A DNA stretch of 63,149 nucleotides from contig NW_021832400.1 in assembly GCF_006345805.1 (NCBI RefSeq), forward strand, positions 1-63,149, given 5' to 3'. This document shows positions 40,082 through 52,798 of the stretch, one piece after another. A program made the position numbers and the translations under genes. The notes under the pieces are model-generated. The model made no database searches and had not been told where the DNA came from. It saw only the letters and a program-made list of their open reading frames with translations. The first letter of the stretch is position 1, and every line of letters begins with the position of its first letter. The stretch is from Octopus sinensis (Eukaryota).

Positions 40082-40338
40082 ATCAACTTACTGCTTGCGA
40101 AGCTGCGGAAAGACAGGCGGATTGCTTTAGCGATCGCCTCGAGTGGTATTGCAGTGCCACTGTTACATGGCGGTCGTACGACACACTCCGCATTCCAATG
40201 CCAATGGGCCTTGCAAGGAAGGAGAATCCTACATGCAAAATAAATCGTGGCGACTCAAAAGGAAAACTTCTTTGTGATTGCTGTCTAATCATTTGGGACG
40301 TGACTATTATGAGTCACAAGGCAGCCTTTGAGGCTGAT
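40082..40338 (+). pseudogene. Helitron RepHel PIF1-like helicase fragment (frameshifted)
   Basis: INLLLAKLRKDRRIALAIASSGIAVPLLHGGRTTHSAF / PMGL...TCKINRGDSKGKLLCDCCLIIWDVTIMSHKAAFEA matches the ASSGIAA-LL-GGRTAHS and IIWDE motifs. Confidence 0.85.
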
Positions 40339-40505
40339 TCTGCAAAAAGTAGGTTGGGTCTGACTACGTTCTGTAAGTGCCGTCGTATTATACTGTTTCA
40401 GTTTTGGGCAGAGACCTCACTGGTGGGGGTTTTTCCAGCATTTTCCCCTCATTCTTTGCCCTTCACATCTGTTTCCGCAGGGTTTCTCCAATCACTTCTT
40501 AAAGA

Positions 40506-40915
40506 CTCTCATTTACTCATTTACTTGTTTGTCATTTGACTGCGGCCATGCTGGAGCACCGCCTTTTTTAGTCGAGCAAATCGACCCCAGGACTTATTCT
40601 TTGTAAGCCCAGTACTTATTCTATCGGTGTCTTTTGCCGAACCGCTAGGTGACGGGGACGTAAACACACCAGCAACGGTTGTCAAGCAATGCTAGGGGGA
40701 CAAACACAGACACACAAACATATACACACACACATATATATATACATATATATGACAGGCTTCTTTCAGTTTCCGTCTACCAAATCCACTCACAAGGCTT
40801 TGGTCGGCCCGAGGCTATAGTAGAAGACACTTGCCCAAGATGCCACGCAGTGGGACTGAACCCGGAACCATGTGGTTGGTAAACAAGCTACTTACCACAC
40901 AGCCACTCCTGCGCC
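40506..40915 (-). mobile_element. SINE family A, full length
   Basis: Diagnostic blocks present. Confidence 0.92.
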
Positions 40916-41516
40916 TGTTTAAACATTTGGCATGCTTTTTTTCATTACTAATTTAAAAATTTTTTTCCGAATTCTGCATCTTTAAAATGTGGCCCGAGTA
41001 GACCCGAATGAAATCCGGTTATAATACTGAAACAAGTAAAACAAAAAAAAAAATCTATGCCATTTTAATCCCGAGCAAGGCCAGATTTCTCTGCTAGTCT
41101 ATTTTATAAATCCCGTTCTGTCTTTATGCTTGTGTGCTTATACCTCGAGTATTCTTCATCCGATCGCGCTGAAATCTTAAACATGGATAATATAAAAAGA
41201 TTTTCAAAATTGTCAGTTTCAAAGTGAGAATCGCTATTTTTGTAATCTTTTGTCCTATTTCTTCCACCATGCTGTTCATTAAAAGCAACGAGTTGCTCAG
41301 ACATCCGGCACATACCATTTCGCTGGCTACAAGGGGAGTACAGGATGGCAGTCAGCCAAAACCGTCGTTATGCTGTCTTCTTTTGTCTCTCTGTCCCTCT
41401 CTCTCTATACGTAGAGGGTTCGATACGATTTTCTAACTTAAAGCAACAGTCGTCAAATACAAAAAAAAATTGCTTGTCCAATTTCTCTTCTCCCTGCATA
41501 TTTTTTAACAAATAAA

Positions 41517-41654
41517 TCAAATTTTTCGCTGCCCCAACCATTTCAGAATCCGCGAACGAGGAACCATATTATATGCCTTCGTATATTTAATGAAAGCCAT
41601 TGATAGGTTTGTCGATCTTCTTCGGTAATTCCTAAGAATTTTCTTATCAATTAG
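41517..41654 (-). pseudogene. R4/Dong-like non-LTR RT fragment
   Basis: LIDKKILRNYRRRSTNLSMAFIKYTKAYNMVPRSRILKWL resembles the LIDK...NL-MAWIDYKKAYD-VPHSWI motif. Confidence 0.7.
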
Positions 41655-41692
41655 CTCCCATTTTCCTTAGGAGCATGGGCGGTAGCAACACA

Positions 41693-41907
41693 CTCTTTTA
41701 CTCTTTTACTTGGTTCAGTCATTTGACTGCGGCCATGCTGGAGCACCGCCTTTAGTCGAGCAAATCGACCGCATGACTTATTCTTTGGAAGCCTAGTACT
41801 TATTCTATCGGTATCTTTTGCTGAACCGCTAAGTTATGGGTACGTAAACACCAGCATCGGTTGTCAAGCAATGTTGGGGGGCAAACACAAACACACATAC
41901 ACACACA

Positions 41908-41968
<61 letters not shown>

Positions 41969-42128
41969 GACGGGCTTCTTTCAGTTTCCGTCTACCAAAT
42001 CCACTTATAAGGCTTTGGTCGGCCCGAGACTATAGTAGAAGACACTTGCCCAAGGTGCCACGCAGTGGGACTGAACCCGGAACCATGTGGCTGGTAAGCA
42101 AGCTACTTATCACACAACCACTCCTGCC
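41693..42128 (-). mobile_element. SINE family A, full length
   Basis: Diagnostic blocks present. Confidence 0.92.
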
Positions 42129-42311
42129 CCAAGTAATAAACAGTAAGGCTGATACCGAATCTCATTGAAAGATTCCTCTCTTGATGTCGAATTGCCCAAT
42201 ATCTCTTCCACCTGCAATGATAACTGTCTTGGAGTTTCTCATACTATTTTGGAACAAATGCACCAAATTCTTCACTGACCCGACTATCTCTGGGCATTTC
42301 GGAATACACGA
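42129..42311 (-). pseudogene. R4/Dong-like non-LTR RT fragment
   Basis: SCIPKCPEIVGSVKNLVHLFQNSMRNSKTVIIAGGRDIGQFDIKRGIFQ*DSVSALLFIT matches the IKRGIFQGDSLSPLLF motif. Confidence 0.75.
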
Positions 42312-42542
42312 ATAATATAATTTGAATTATGTTATTGTGAGGTTTCATAAAAAGAAGAAAAATCACAATTGGGGGTCGCCCGTGATTTCCATACTGTGCT
42401 AAGAATCTTGTGTGGGAGTCACCGGTGGTTCCCACGCTGGGCAAAGTGTTAAAGGTTCCCGTGTGTTTTGAAGGAGATATAGTTGCTGTTACTTGGAGGT
42501 AGAGTCACAGCCTTAGCTTTTCGTTTCTTGATTTGTATAATT

Positions 42543-42978
42543 GTTAGTTAGTTAATTTTTGGCTCAAAAAGCAAAAGGCAAGGCCATGTAGGGGGACATG
42601 GAGTTATGTACAGGGTGGTGTTCATGTAAAGAGTTCAGGCCACTTGTGGTCAAGAGAGACTTTGAACCGAGCGGTCGTCGGCATCTTCACCATCTCGTCC
42701 GGCAGCTTATTCCACGGATCTGCAACCCGGACGGAGAAAGCCCCTCTCCTTCGATTGAGATGAAATCGTTGCAGATACAGCTTTTTGGAGTGACCCCGCA
42801 GCCGACGCTCTGGAGCAGGAGTGAAGAACAGCTCTTTCGAGAGGTTACAATTTCCGCTTATGATGTTGTGAGCAAGAATGAGATCACCACGGCGTTGTCG
42901 TTTTTCTAGAGAATAAAGGTCGAGCGTCTTCAGCCTTTCTTCGTAAGACAAATTCTTGAGACCAAGAGCCATGCGGGT
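42543..42978 (-). mobile_element. 5'-truncated CR1-type LINE 3' end
   Basis: LSYEERLKTLDLYSLEKRQRRGDLI...LRGHSKKL...FSVRVADPWNKLP...FKVSLD, then short 3' UTR and (AACT)n tail. Confidence 0.9.
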
Positions 42979-43006
42979 TAAGTAGAGGCCAATGTTGAGA
43001 GAGAAG

Positions 43007-43037
<31 letters not shown>

Positions 43038-43849
43038 TGAAAAGAGAGAGAGAGAGAGCATTAGTGACAGAATATGCATAAAACGGATATGCAGAGGTGA
43101 GCAAAATTTCATTCTTCAAGCAGAAAAGAGAGAATGAAGAAGAGAAAGGTTAGGAAGTTGGAGGTGTGAGGTGGGGGATACGAAGAGGAGTAGAGGAAGA
43201 CGAGAGGGATGGCAAGATAAGAAGGAGAGAGAAAAAGGAGATGATGTGAATGAAGAAGGGGGTAGAAGACTAAAGGGGAAGAAAAGAGGTGGAAGCAAGA
43301 AAGAGAGGGCAGCGGGGAGAAGAAGGATGACGAAGTGAGACGAGGAGGAGGAGGAAGGGGAGAGAAACGGCACGTTTTGCTTGGTTATGTCTTGAAAATG
43401 TGAGATGAAGGCGGGAAAGCGCGATATTTTGATAAAATGGAAAGGATTGCAATGTTAAGGAGAAATAAAGAAAGATAACCTATACTTAGGCCTAACAAAA
43501 CAGTGAGGAAGGAAACGAAAGTGAAAGTAGACGATGGATAGAATATGGAACTAAGAAGAGCGGAAGTTAGAGTAAAATAAAACCCAAGATAGGCACATGG
43601 AAGTCTGTTAAACATTGGTCAATAACAGACTCTGGCCAATGCTTTGGAGTTGAGTATGAATGACCAGGGCCTTAGATGTATAATGAAAGCGAATGACATC
43701 TTAATAATACACATTAAGGGAATCCCTGAAGACAGAGTGCGGCAGCGACTCGTTTGTGGATGTACGACGAATACTTTGATGCTGGATAATTTTAGGAGCG
43801 TGCGCACGATATATATATATGTATGTGTATATATATATATAATATATAT

Positions 43850-44300
43850 ATATAGGCATGTATACATATATATATATATATATATAGGCATGTATACATA
43901 TATATATATATATATATATAGGCATGTATACATATATATATATAATATATATATATAGGCATGTATACATATATAATATATATATATATATATAGGCATG
44001 TATACATATATATATATATATATAGGCATGTATACATATATATTATATAGGCATGTATACATATATATATATATCTAGGCATGTATACATATATATATAT
44101 ATATTAGGCATGTATACATATATATATATAGGCATGTATACTATATATATATATATAATATAGGCATGTATATATATATATATAGGCATGTATACATATA
44201 TATATATATAGGCATGTATACATACATATATATATATAGGCATGTATACATATGTACATACCTATATATATATAGGCATGTATACATATGTACATACCTA
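43850..44300. repeat. Compound minisatellite [(TA)n GGCATGTATACA]n
   Basis: Motif repeated more than a dozen times with variable (TA)n spacers. Confidence 0.9.
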
Positions 44301-44897
44301 CCTATTTATATATATATATAAAGGCATACACTCACACACTTATGCGAACTAATGATAATAATTAGCAGGGGGATATAATTATATCCGTATGCTTACATAT
44401 ATACGCATACACACTCGCATACGAATGCATACACGTGTGACTTCAATCAAAACATCTCCGTGTGTGTATATGCATAATATATGTGTGCTTGTGTACCTGT
44501 ATGTATTTACACACATAAATATATGTATAGACAAGTACATTATATATATATATATATATATTCACACGCACACATAAATACATATGTATATACGTATATA
44601 TAAATATACATATATACACACGTGTGTATATATGTATGTATACACATGTACATGTATACACCCACCCACACACAGAGCATTTTCTGATCGTTTTTCTCTT
44701 TTCTTTCCATTTTATTTCTGTCCCTATTTTTCGTCAAGAAATTTAACAAATTAGTCGTTCTGTATATTTTCCTGCATTGTTCCTGACTTCTTGCTAATGT
44801 TCCTCTCACATGTGAATGCTTTGACGGTGGAAATCACCAGATTTCCACTTAAACGATTCATCGAACCAGATTTCATTCCGTCGTCATTGTTGAAAGA

Positions 44898-45282
44898 GTA
44901 GGAGCACTCCGTCGGTTACGACGATGAGGGTCCCAGCTGATACGATCAACGTAACAGCTTGCTCGTGAAATTAACGTGCAAGTGGCTGAGCACTCCACAG
45001 ACACGTGTACCCTTAACGTAGTTCTCGGGGATATTCAGCGTGACACAGAGAGTGACAAGGCCGGCCCCTTGAAATACAGGTACAACAGAAACGGGAAGTA
45101 AGAGTGAGAGAAAGTTGTGGTGAAAGAGTACAGCAGGGATCACCACCATCCTCTGCCGGAGCCTCGTGGAGCTTTTAGGTGTTTTCGCTCAATAAACACT
45201 CACAACGCCCAGTCTGGGAATCGAAACCGTGATCCTACGACCGCGAGTCCGCTGCCCTAACCACTGGGCCATTGCGCCTCCA
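44898..45282 (-). mobile_element. SINE family C, full length
   Basis: 13-bp TSD CATTGTTGAAAGA at 44885-44897 and 45283-45295; tRNA-like head. Confidence 0.93.
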
Positions 45283-45689
45283 CATTGTTGAAAGAAACGT
45301 TCCACAGACTTATGGAGAGCGATCGAAAAACGGTGACAACATAAAGACGCCGTTTCAGAAGAATATATATAGTGAGGGTGGCAGAAATTTCCAAGCGAAT
45401 TCTTGGATGGAATTTTCTTTAGTTAAATTAGCGACGAGGGCGAGCGATGTTCTGTTGAAGGAGCGTGCCGTGGCACCGGTCTTAGTCTTTTGAGGAACCA
45501 CTAAGTTGCGGGGACATAAGCATACCAACACCGGCTATCAAGCTGTAGTAAGGAACTCACAGGCACACACACACACACACACACAGATGTGTCGAAACAA
45601 TTGTAGTGATTAATAAAAATTCGTATCTTTCATCTTCCGTCTCTCATTAACCAAATGCTACATAAATATGTATATATATGTGTGTTTAT

Positions 45690-45723
<34 letters not shown>

Positions 45724-45725
45724 GT

Positions 45726-46044
45726 GAGGGCGCGTGGCTTAGTGGTTAGGGCATTCGGCTCATGATCGTAAGGTTGTGAGTTCGATTCCCGGCGACGCGT
45801 TGTGTCCTTGAGCAAGACACTTTATTTCACGTTGCTCCAGTCCACCCAGCTGGCAAAAATGAGTTGTACTTGTATTTCAAAGGGTCAGCCTTGTCACTCT
45901 CTGTGTCACGCTGATTATCCCCGAGAACTACGTTAAGGGTACACGTGTCTGTGGAATGCTCAGCCATTTGCACGTTAATTTCACGAGCAAGCTGTTCCGT
46001 TGATCGTATCAGCTGGGACCCTCGTCGTCGTAACCGGTGGAGTC
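45726..46044 (+). mobile_element. SINE family D: tRNA + CORE-like head with the family-C 3' half
   Basis: GTGTCCTTGAGCAAGACACTTTATTTCACGTTGCTCCAG, then the C tail from GTACTTGTATTTCAAAGGG. Confidence 0.85.
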
Positions 46045-46074
46045 TTTTTTATATATATATATATATTATTCTTA

Positions 46075-46474
46075 TACTGGGTTCAGTCATTTGACTGCGG
46101 CCATGCTGGAGCACCGCCTTTAGTCGAGCAAATCGACCCCAGGACTGATTCATTGTAAGCCTACTACTTATTCTATCGGTCTCTTTTGCCGAATCGCTAA
46201 GTTACGGGGTCGTAGACACCATCATCGGTTATCAAACGATGGTGGGAGGACAAAAAGACACACACACACACACAAATGAATACATACACATACATACATA
46301 ATACATACACACACATATACGTGTGTAATGTCTTCTTTCAGTTTCCGCCTACCAAATCCACTCACAAGTCTTTGGTTGGCCCGAGGCTATAGTAGATATT
46401 TTCCTAAGGTGCCATGCAGTGGGACTGAACACAGAACCATGTGGTTGGGAAGCAAGCCTCTTACCACAAAGCCA
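46075..46474 (-). mobile_element. SINE family A, diverged full length
   Basis: Diagnostic blocks present. Confidence 0.85.
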
Positions 46475-46577
46475 CCCCACAAAGCTGAACGTTTAGTTAC
46501 TGTCCTCGGCTGCCGTTAATCTATACATTGTCCCTGGCTCTCATACTGTATCCACAGCCAACGTTAATAGATTTTAT

Positions 46578-47413
46578 CTTTCACATGTTTCAGTCATTGG
46601 ACTGCGGCCATGCTGGAGCACCGCTTTGGAGGATCTTTTAGTCAAAGGCGGCGAGCTGGCAGAATCGTTAGCACGTCGGGCGAAATGCGTAGCCGCATTT
46701 CGTCTGCCGTTACGTTCTGAGTTCAAATTCCGCCGAGGTCGACTTTGCCTTTCATCCTTTCGGGGTCGATTAAATAAGTACCAGTTACGCACTGGGGTCG
46801 ATGTAATCGACTTAATCCGTTTGTCTCTCCTTGTTTGTCCTCTCTGTGTTTAGCCCCTTGTGGGTAGTAAAGAAATAGGCATTTCGTCGGCCGCTACGTT
46901 CTGAGTTCAAATTCCGTCGAGGCCGACTTTGCCTTTCATCCTTTCGGGGTCGATTAAATAAGTATCAGTTACGCACTGGGGTCGATATAATCGGCTTAAT
47001 CCGTTTGTCAGTCCTTATTTGTCCCCTCTGTGTGTAGCTCCTTGCGGGCAATAAAGAAATAGGATCTTTTAGTCAAATGAATCGACCCCAGGACTTATTT
47101 TATAAAGCCTGAGACTTATTCTGTCGGCGTCTTTTGCCGAACCAATATTGTTACGGGGACGTAAACACACTAGCACCGGTTGTCAAGCTGTGGTATGGGC
47201 CAAGCACATACCCAATCATACACACAAAATACATGTGCTTATGAATACGAATGCGGATGTGTGAATGTGTGTGTGTGTGTGTAATATACATGTGTATGTG
47301 GATGGGTTGGTGTATGCATGAATATAACTATATAATAGAAGACACTTGTCCGAGGTACCACACAGTCGGACTGAACCCGGAACCGTGTGGTTGGAAAGCA
47401 AGCGTCTTACCAC
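46578..47413 (-). mobile_element. Older SINE family A interrupted by a family B dimer
   Basis: A 3' blocks on both sides of the insertion. Confidence 0.75.
46647..47061 (+). mobile_element. SINE family B, head plus two units
   Basis: 16-bp TSD GGATCTTTTAGTCAAA at 46631-46646 and 47062-47077; junction at 46878/46879. Confidence 0.93.
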
Positions 47414-48156
47414 AAATGCTCGCGTCTTTTTATTAGTATATAAAGTACCAACAGGTGACATTAGTGTATATAATACGTATAGTTATCATTTGTAAATATA
47501 ATATCAATGGCTTCCGTTAGTGTATATATATATAACCTCTGCTGTTCCCATTGGTATGTATAATGTCTTCGGTTTCCATTTGTGTTTATAATTATACGCA
47601 TGCGTAGTGTTTATATGAGATTGTACTTTAAGAATTGAACGAAAATAACAAGGAAATATTTAAGGCTTGTTGTGATTAGTATTCCCAACATGTTTGAAGT
47701 GTTCACACACACACCTCTCTCTCTCTCTCTCAATATATATATACATACATACAAACAAACATACACCTCCCTCTCTCTCTACATACATATATATATATAT
47801 ATTTATACACCTCTCTCTCTCTATATATATATATATATTTATACACCTCTCTCTCTCTATATATATGTATATATATATACATATACACTTCTCTCTCTCT
47901 CTATATATATATATATATACACACACACACGCTCACCTATATATACATGCACGCACACACACACGTATGTATATATGTGCGTAGACAGACATTTGCATTG
48001 AGACATACCCATTGTATGTGTTGAGTGGATATGCAAATGTATGTGCATACATGCATGTGTGTATATATATATATATATTTATATATATACACACACACAC
48101 ACAAAATACATATATATATATATATATATATTCATGCATATATATACATAAATATG

Positions 48157-48219
<63 letters not shown>

Positions 48220-48837
48220 GCATACGCACATATAGGTGTGTATTTATGTTTGTGCGTGTGTATGAATAATACATGTGTGTATCTGTGTGTATGATTTGTA
48301 TGACATTACAATAAACATACATTCAAATATACACAACAAGGTACACACACACACACACGCCACAGCCCAGCTAATGAGATTATTTAGCTCGATGCTACAT
48401 TGTGCCGAGAGATTCAATTTATGGTCATTGTGGCGTGGAAAGAGAGTTCCAGACTTCAGCGCAGGACATGATTCTTAGGGAAGTGAACAACCAGTAACAA
48501 CAACAACAACAACGACGACGATGATGATGACAACAAAGACAACCGCACCTCCAACCACGGCCACCACCACCACCACCTGCTTGTCTGCCTGTCTTGCTCT
48601 AATAAGTTCCTACCTCGAAGACGCAAAGGTGGTGGGACGGCCTGAAAGACCTTGTGACGTCGGATACAACACACACACACGAATACGTCTGTGTGTGTGT
48701 GTGTGTATATATGTATGTATGTATGTGTGTGTGTGTGTGTATGAATGTATGTGTGTGTATGTATGTATGTATGTATGTGTGTATATATGTATCTATACAT
48801 GTCAAAGCGTATGCGTATATTTACACACCTCTCTCTC

Positions 48838-48871
<34 letters not shown>

Positions 48872-49426
48872 CATACACACACCTCTCTCTATATATATAC
48901 ACACACACGTGCACGCCTATATATACATGCACGCACACACACACACACACGTATGTATATATGTGCGTAGACAGACATTTGCATTGTGACATACCCACTG
49001 TGTGTTGAGTGGATATGCAAATGTATGTGCAAACATACACGCACCTCTCTCTTTCTATATATATACAACAACAACAACGACGATGATGATGACGACAAAG
49101 ACAGCCCCTCTACCCCCCCCGCCACACCTCCATGTCTATGCAAGTATATGTCTGTGTGTGGAGCTATAGATATATGCGTATATATGTAGAGGTGTGTGTG
49201 AGTGTGTATATATCTTCGTGTGTTTGTGTGTGTGATTATTAATATCAGCAGAAGTTGTAGAGTGACTCAAGGGGCAAGAGTTTCGTGCCTTGGCGCAAAC
49301 CAAATGAATGAAACTGTTGCACCTCGAGTCTTTCTGTAACGTTTTTTCTGATTATTAATAAAAAAAGAAAACATATATACTCATGTTTTTGAGTTCTATG
49401 TTTCTTGTTTGAATCACCAAGCCGAG

Positions 49427-49466
<40 letters not shown>

Positions 49467-49585
49467 AAAAAGAAAGATAGAAGGAAATAGATGCGCATGT
49501 CATTTAACGTGTGATGTTGGTCGGACCGTGTGTTCATGAGTGGAAGCGGGCTCGACTATGCGAAGGATAAGAAAATAATAGCCAA

Positions 49586-49992
49586 GGGCGCAGGAGTGGC
49601 TGTGTGGTAAGTAGCTTGCCTACCAACCACATGGTTCTGGGTTCAGTCCCACTGCGTGGCATCTTGGGCAAGTGTCTTCTGCTATAGCCCCGGGCCGACC
49701 AATGCCTTGTGAGTGGATTTGGTAGACGGAAACTGAAAGAAGCCTGTCGTATATATGTATATATATATATATATGAGTGTTTGTGTGTCTGTGTTTGTTC
49801 CCCTAGCATTGCTTGACAACCGATGCTGGTGTGTTTACGTCCCCGTTACTTAGCGGTTCGGTAAAAGAGACCGATAGAATAAGTACTGGGCTTACAAAAG
49901 AATAAGTCCCGGGGTCGATTTGCTCGACTACAGGCGGTGCTCCAGCATGGCCGCAGTCAAAATGACTGAAACAAATTAAAAGAGTAAGAGTA
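49586..49992 (+). mobile_element. SINE family A, full length
   Basis: Diagnostic blocks present. Confidence 0.92.
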
Positions 49993-50275
49993 AAGGAATA
50001 TCAAGACCTAACCGATAGTTTGTGGTTAATGTTATGAATATTGACTCCTCTAAAAACACTTCTACCAGATAGAAATGTCCCTGGAAACTGTTATCACTCT
50101 ACGAACATTTTCTTAAACCTACACGGTGGTATAACGAAGACAGCCAAAGCGTTCCATGAGCTTCCTCCAATCCGTGATTAACACCATCTTTAAATTTGCT
50201 GCGAACCAATGGTTTTGATTAACAAATTCGTAGTTATGCTGAAGGTTCTAAAAAGGATGAAATAGTATTATACAT

Positions 50276-50700
50276 ACTCTCTTTTTACTCTTTTTACTCT
50301 TTTACTTGTTTCAGTCATTTGACTGCGGCCATGCTGGAGCACCGCCTTTAGTCGAGTAAGTCGAGCCCGGGACTTATTCTTTTTGTAAGCCCCAGTACTT
50401 ATTCTATCGGTCTCTTTTGCCGAACCGCTAAGTGACGGGGACGTAAACACACCAGCATCGGTTGTCAAGCAATGCTAGGGGGACAAACACACACACACAC
50501 ACAAACACGTACACACACACATATACATATATATACATATATACGACAGGCTACTTTCAGTTTCCGTCTACCAAATTCACTCACAAGGCATTGGTCGGCC
50601 CGAGGCTATAGCAGAAGACACTTGCCCAAGATGCCACGCAGTGGGACTGAACCCGGAACCATGTGGTTGGTTAGCAAGCTACTTACCACACAGCCACTCC
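50276..50700 (-). mobile_element. SINE family A, full length
   Basis: Diagnostic blocks present. Confidence 0.92.
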
Positions 50701-50899
50701 ATGATTACTATTCGCTAAAATGTGTAAGAACCTCGCAATCAATAGTAAAAAATGAAAAAGATATAAATTATACAGTTATGAGAACTCTTCATATGCTTTC
50801 ATATTCCTTAATTTCAAATTCAAATTTTTATCCCCACCTCACATTTACACGTTATGAGGAGATAGTTACGTAAGAACTATCCAGAGGACGCTGAGCTGA

Positions 50900-51231
50900 G
50901 ACCCCCTTTGGTCATGACTGACCATGGGATTGCACCTAGAAAGTTACCCTCCCAGGCACAAGTCCAGGCAAGTCTATTTATGGAAGACCAGTAGTCACCC
51001 ATGCATACCGGCCTCTCCTCTCCACGCTAGCAGTGTTATCCAAGGGAAAGGCAAACGCCGATACAGCTTGGCACCTGTGACGTCGTAACTCATTTCTACA
51101 GCTGAGTGAACTGGAGCAATGTGAAATAAAGTGTCTTGCTCAAGACACAACAGGCAGCCCGGTCATGGATTCGATCTCACAACCTCACGATCATAAGCTC
51201 GACGCTCTAACCACTGAGCCATGCACCTTCA
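50900..51231 (-). mobile_element. SINE family F: D-type tRNA + CORE-like head with a different tail
   Basis: Shares GAGCAAGACACTTTATTTCACATTGCTCCAG with family D; 3' half unrelated. Confidence 0.8.
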
Positions 51232-51315
51232 AAGGATGTAATGCATATATGTATGCAAATATTTACATGTATATGTATGTATATATATATGTGTGTGTGT
51301 GTGTGTGTATGCATG

Positions 51316-51353
<38 letters not shown>

Positions 51354-51499
51354 ATATATGGGATTATATTCAGTTATAATAGCAGCAATTTTATATTCAT
51401 CTGATGGGTGACCCAATCCTTTTTAGATTTCAAATTTATTATTCTTCGCACTGGTCAAAGGGAATATACATCCCTCTGGTAAACACCCATTAATGTTAT

Positions 51500-51637
51500 A
51501 TCGCCTGAAGAAATGAACCCATGAAGATTATCTACCCGATGCTCACTGTAATCATCTTAGAACTACACTGTTATCATGCCAGGAACACGGACTGTGATCT
51601 TAAGAGACATGTGATTTGTGGAAACGCGCGTAGCGAT
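51500..51637 (+). ncRNA. Type-I hammerhead with a ~109-nt insertion in stem II
   Basis: atcgc CTGAAGA [109 nt] GAAA cgcgcg TA gcgat; perfect 5-bp stem I and palindromic helix III; base of stem II unresolved. Confidence 0.55.
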
Positions 51638-51896
51638 GCATTAAATGTTTATGAATTCCATCCAAGGATTATTGTTATTGTTACTATATTTCTCCCACAT
51701 TACATCGGTTGAGCTCGATGCTTGTTTATCGAAAGATGGTTCACCAGTCAGCATCACTAGACTGTGGCCGGCATAATAGAACAGGAAGTTTTATTTGCAT
51801 ATTCAAAACGTTTCCCATGACCAAATTTAAAAGGTGTATATACATATATATGTGTGCGTGTGTGTGTGTATATGTGTGTGTATAAATATATACACA

Positions 51897-52130
51897 GGCG
51901 CAATGGCCCAGTGGAGGCGCAATGGCCCAGTGGTTAGGGCAGCGGACTTGCGGTCGGAGGATCGCGGTTTCGATTCCCAGACCGGGCGTTGTGTGTGTTT
52001 ATTGAGCGAAAACACCTAAAAGCTCCACGAGGCTCCGGCAGGGGATGGTGGTGATCCCTGCTGTACTCTTTCACCACTCTAAAGGCGGTGCTCCAGCATG
52101 GCCGCAGTCAAAATGACTGAAACAAGTACA
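51897..52130 (+). mobile_element. Chimeric SINE: family C head fused to the family A 3' tail
   Basis: GTACTCTTTCACCACTCT|AAAGGCGGTGCTCCAGCATGGCCGCAGTC. Confidence 0.8.
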
Positions 52131-52144
52131 AAAAAAAACAAAAA

Positions 52145-52181
<37 letters not shown>

Positions 52182-52188
52182 ATATACT

Positions 52189-52240
52189 GTCTCCGATGAA
52201 GGGATATTATTAATTAATATCCTAGAAACAGCTGTAAGAC
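52189..52240 (+). ncRNA. Minimal type-I hammerhead (U4C core) directly after (TA)n
   Basis: gtct CCGATGA ag ggatatta ttaat taatatcc ta GAAA cagctg TA agac; 4-bp stem I, 8-bp stem II, palindromic helix III. Confidence 0.7.
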
Positions 52241-52417
52241 CTATCTATAAATGCTCTAATATCTATACAGCCTTGGGTTTTTTTAATCTCATTACGCAAA
52301 AATTCATATATATATATATACACATACACGCATACAATAACATGTAGATTTTGCGCCTTGTATTATAAACAGTATCCGACTATCACAATAAAGTTTCCGT
52401 TGGCAAATAGGCTTTAC

Positions 52418-52798
52418 TGTTACTACATATTTCTCGCTCAGAGATTTAAAACTAGTTGTTTTTCTCTCTACGAGATCAGTGACTGTGTGTCGCTCTAAAA
52501 GTATATACTGTGAGCAAGTGCGAGTGGCTGCTATCTCTAGCCAGCGGTTATCTGGTACCGACGAAGGGAATTACTCAGAAACCATTGTTCTCCAGGTATC
52601 GCTACGGCTAGAAAGGGAGCAGTAGACTCCCTTGATCACAGTATACGGACACAGATCATGTGCCCGTAGAAAGCCAGCTAGAAAAGATGTTTACCTGGGG
52701 CTAAAAATTAGTAACATCGTCCTACGTAGGACTGCCACTTTGCGTTGGTAAATAGACTTGACTCTATAATAAACCTTGTTTACTCGAAAATATAGACA
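52418..52798 (+). mobile_element. Putative solo LTR
   Basis: TGT...ACA termini; AATAAA at 52768; flanks TTTAC/TTTTC (4/5 match). Confidence 0.45.

Noticed and set aside
43726-43765. CTGAAGA followed by a GAGT/ACTC stem
   Set aside because: No GAAA after the stem
45594-45609. GAAA CAATTG TA hammerhead 3' half
   Set aside because: 5' half replaced by (CA)n; incomplete
45726-45800. tRNA gene (also at other SINE heads)
   Set aside because: A/B boxes present, but continuous with SINE bodies and no complete cloverleaf
47934-49030. ~115-bp direct repeat at 47934 and ~48914
   Set aside because: Local duplication within low-complexity DNA; no element features
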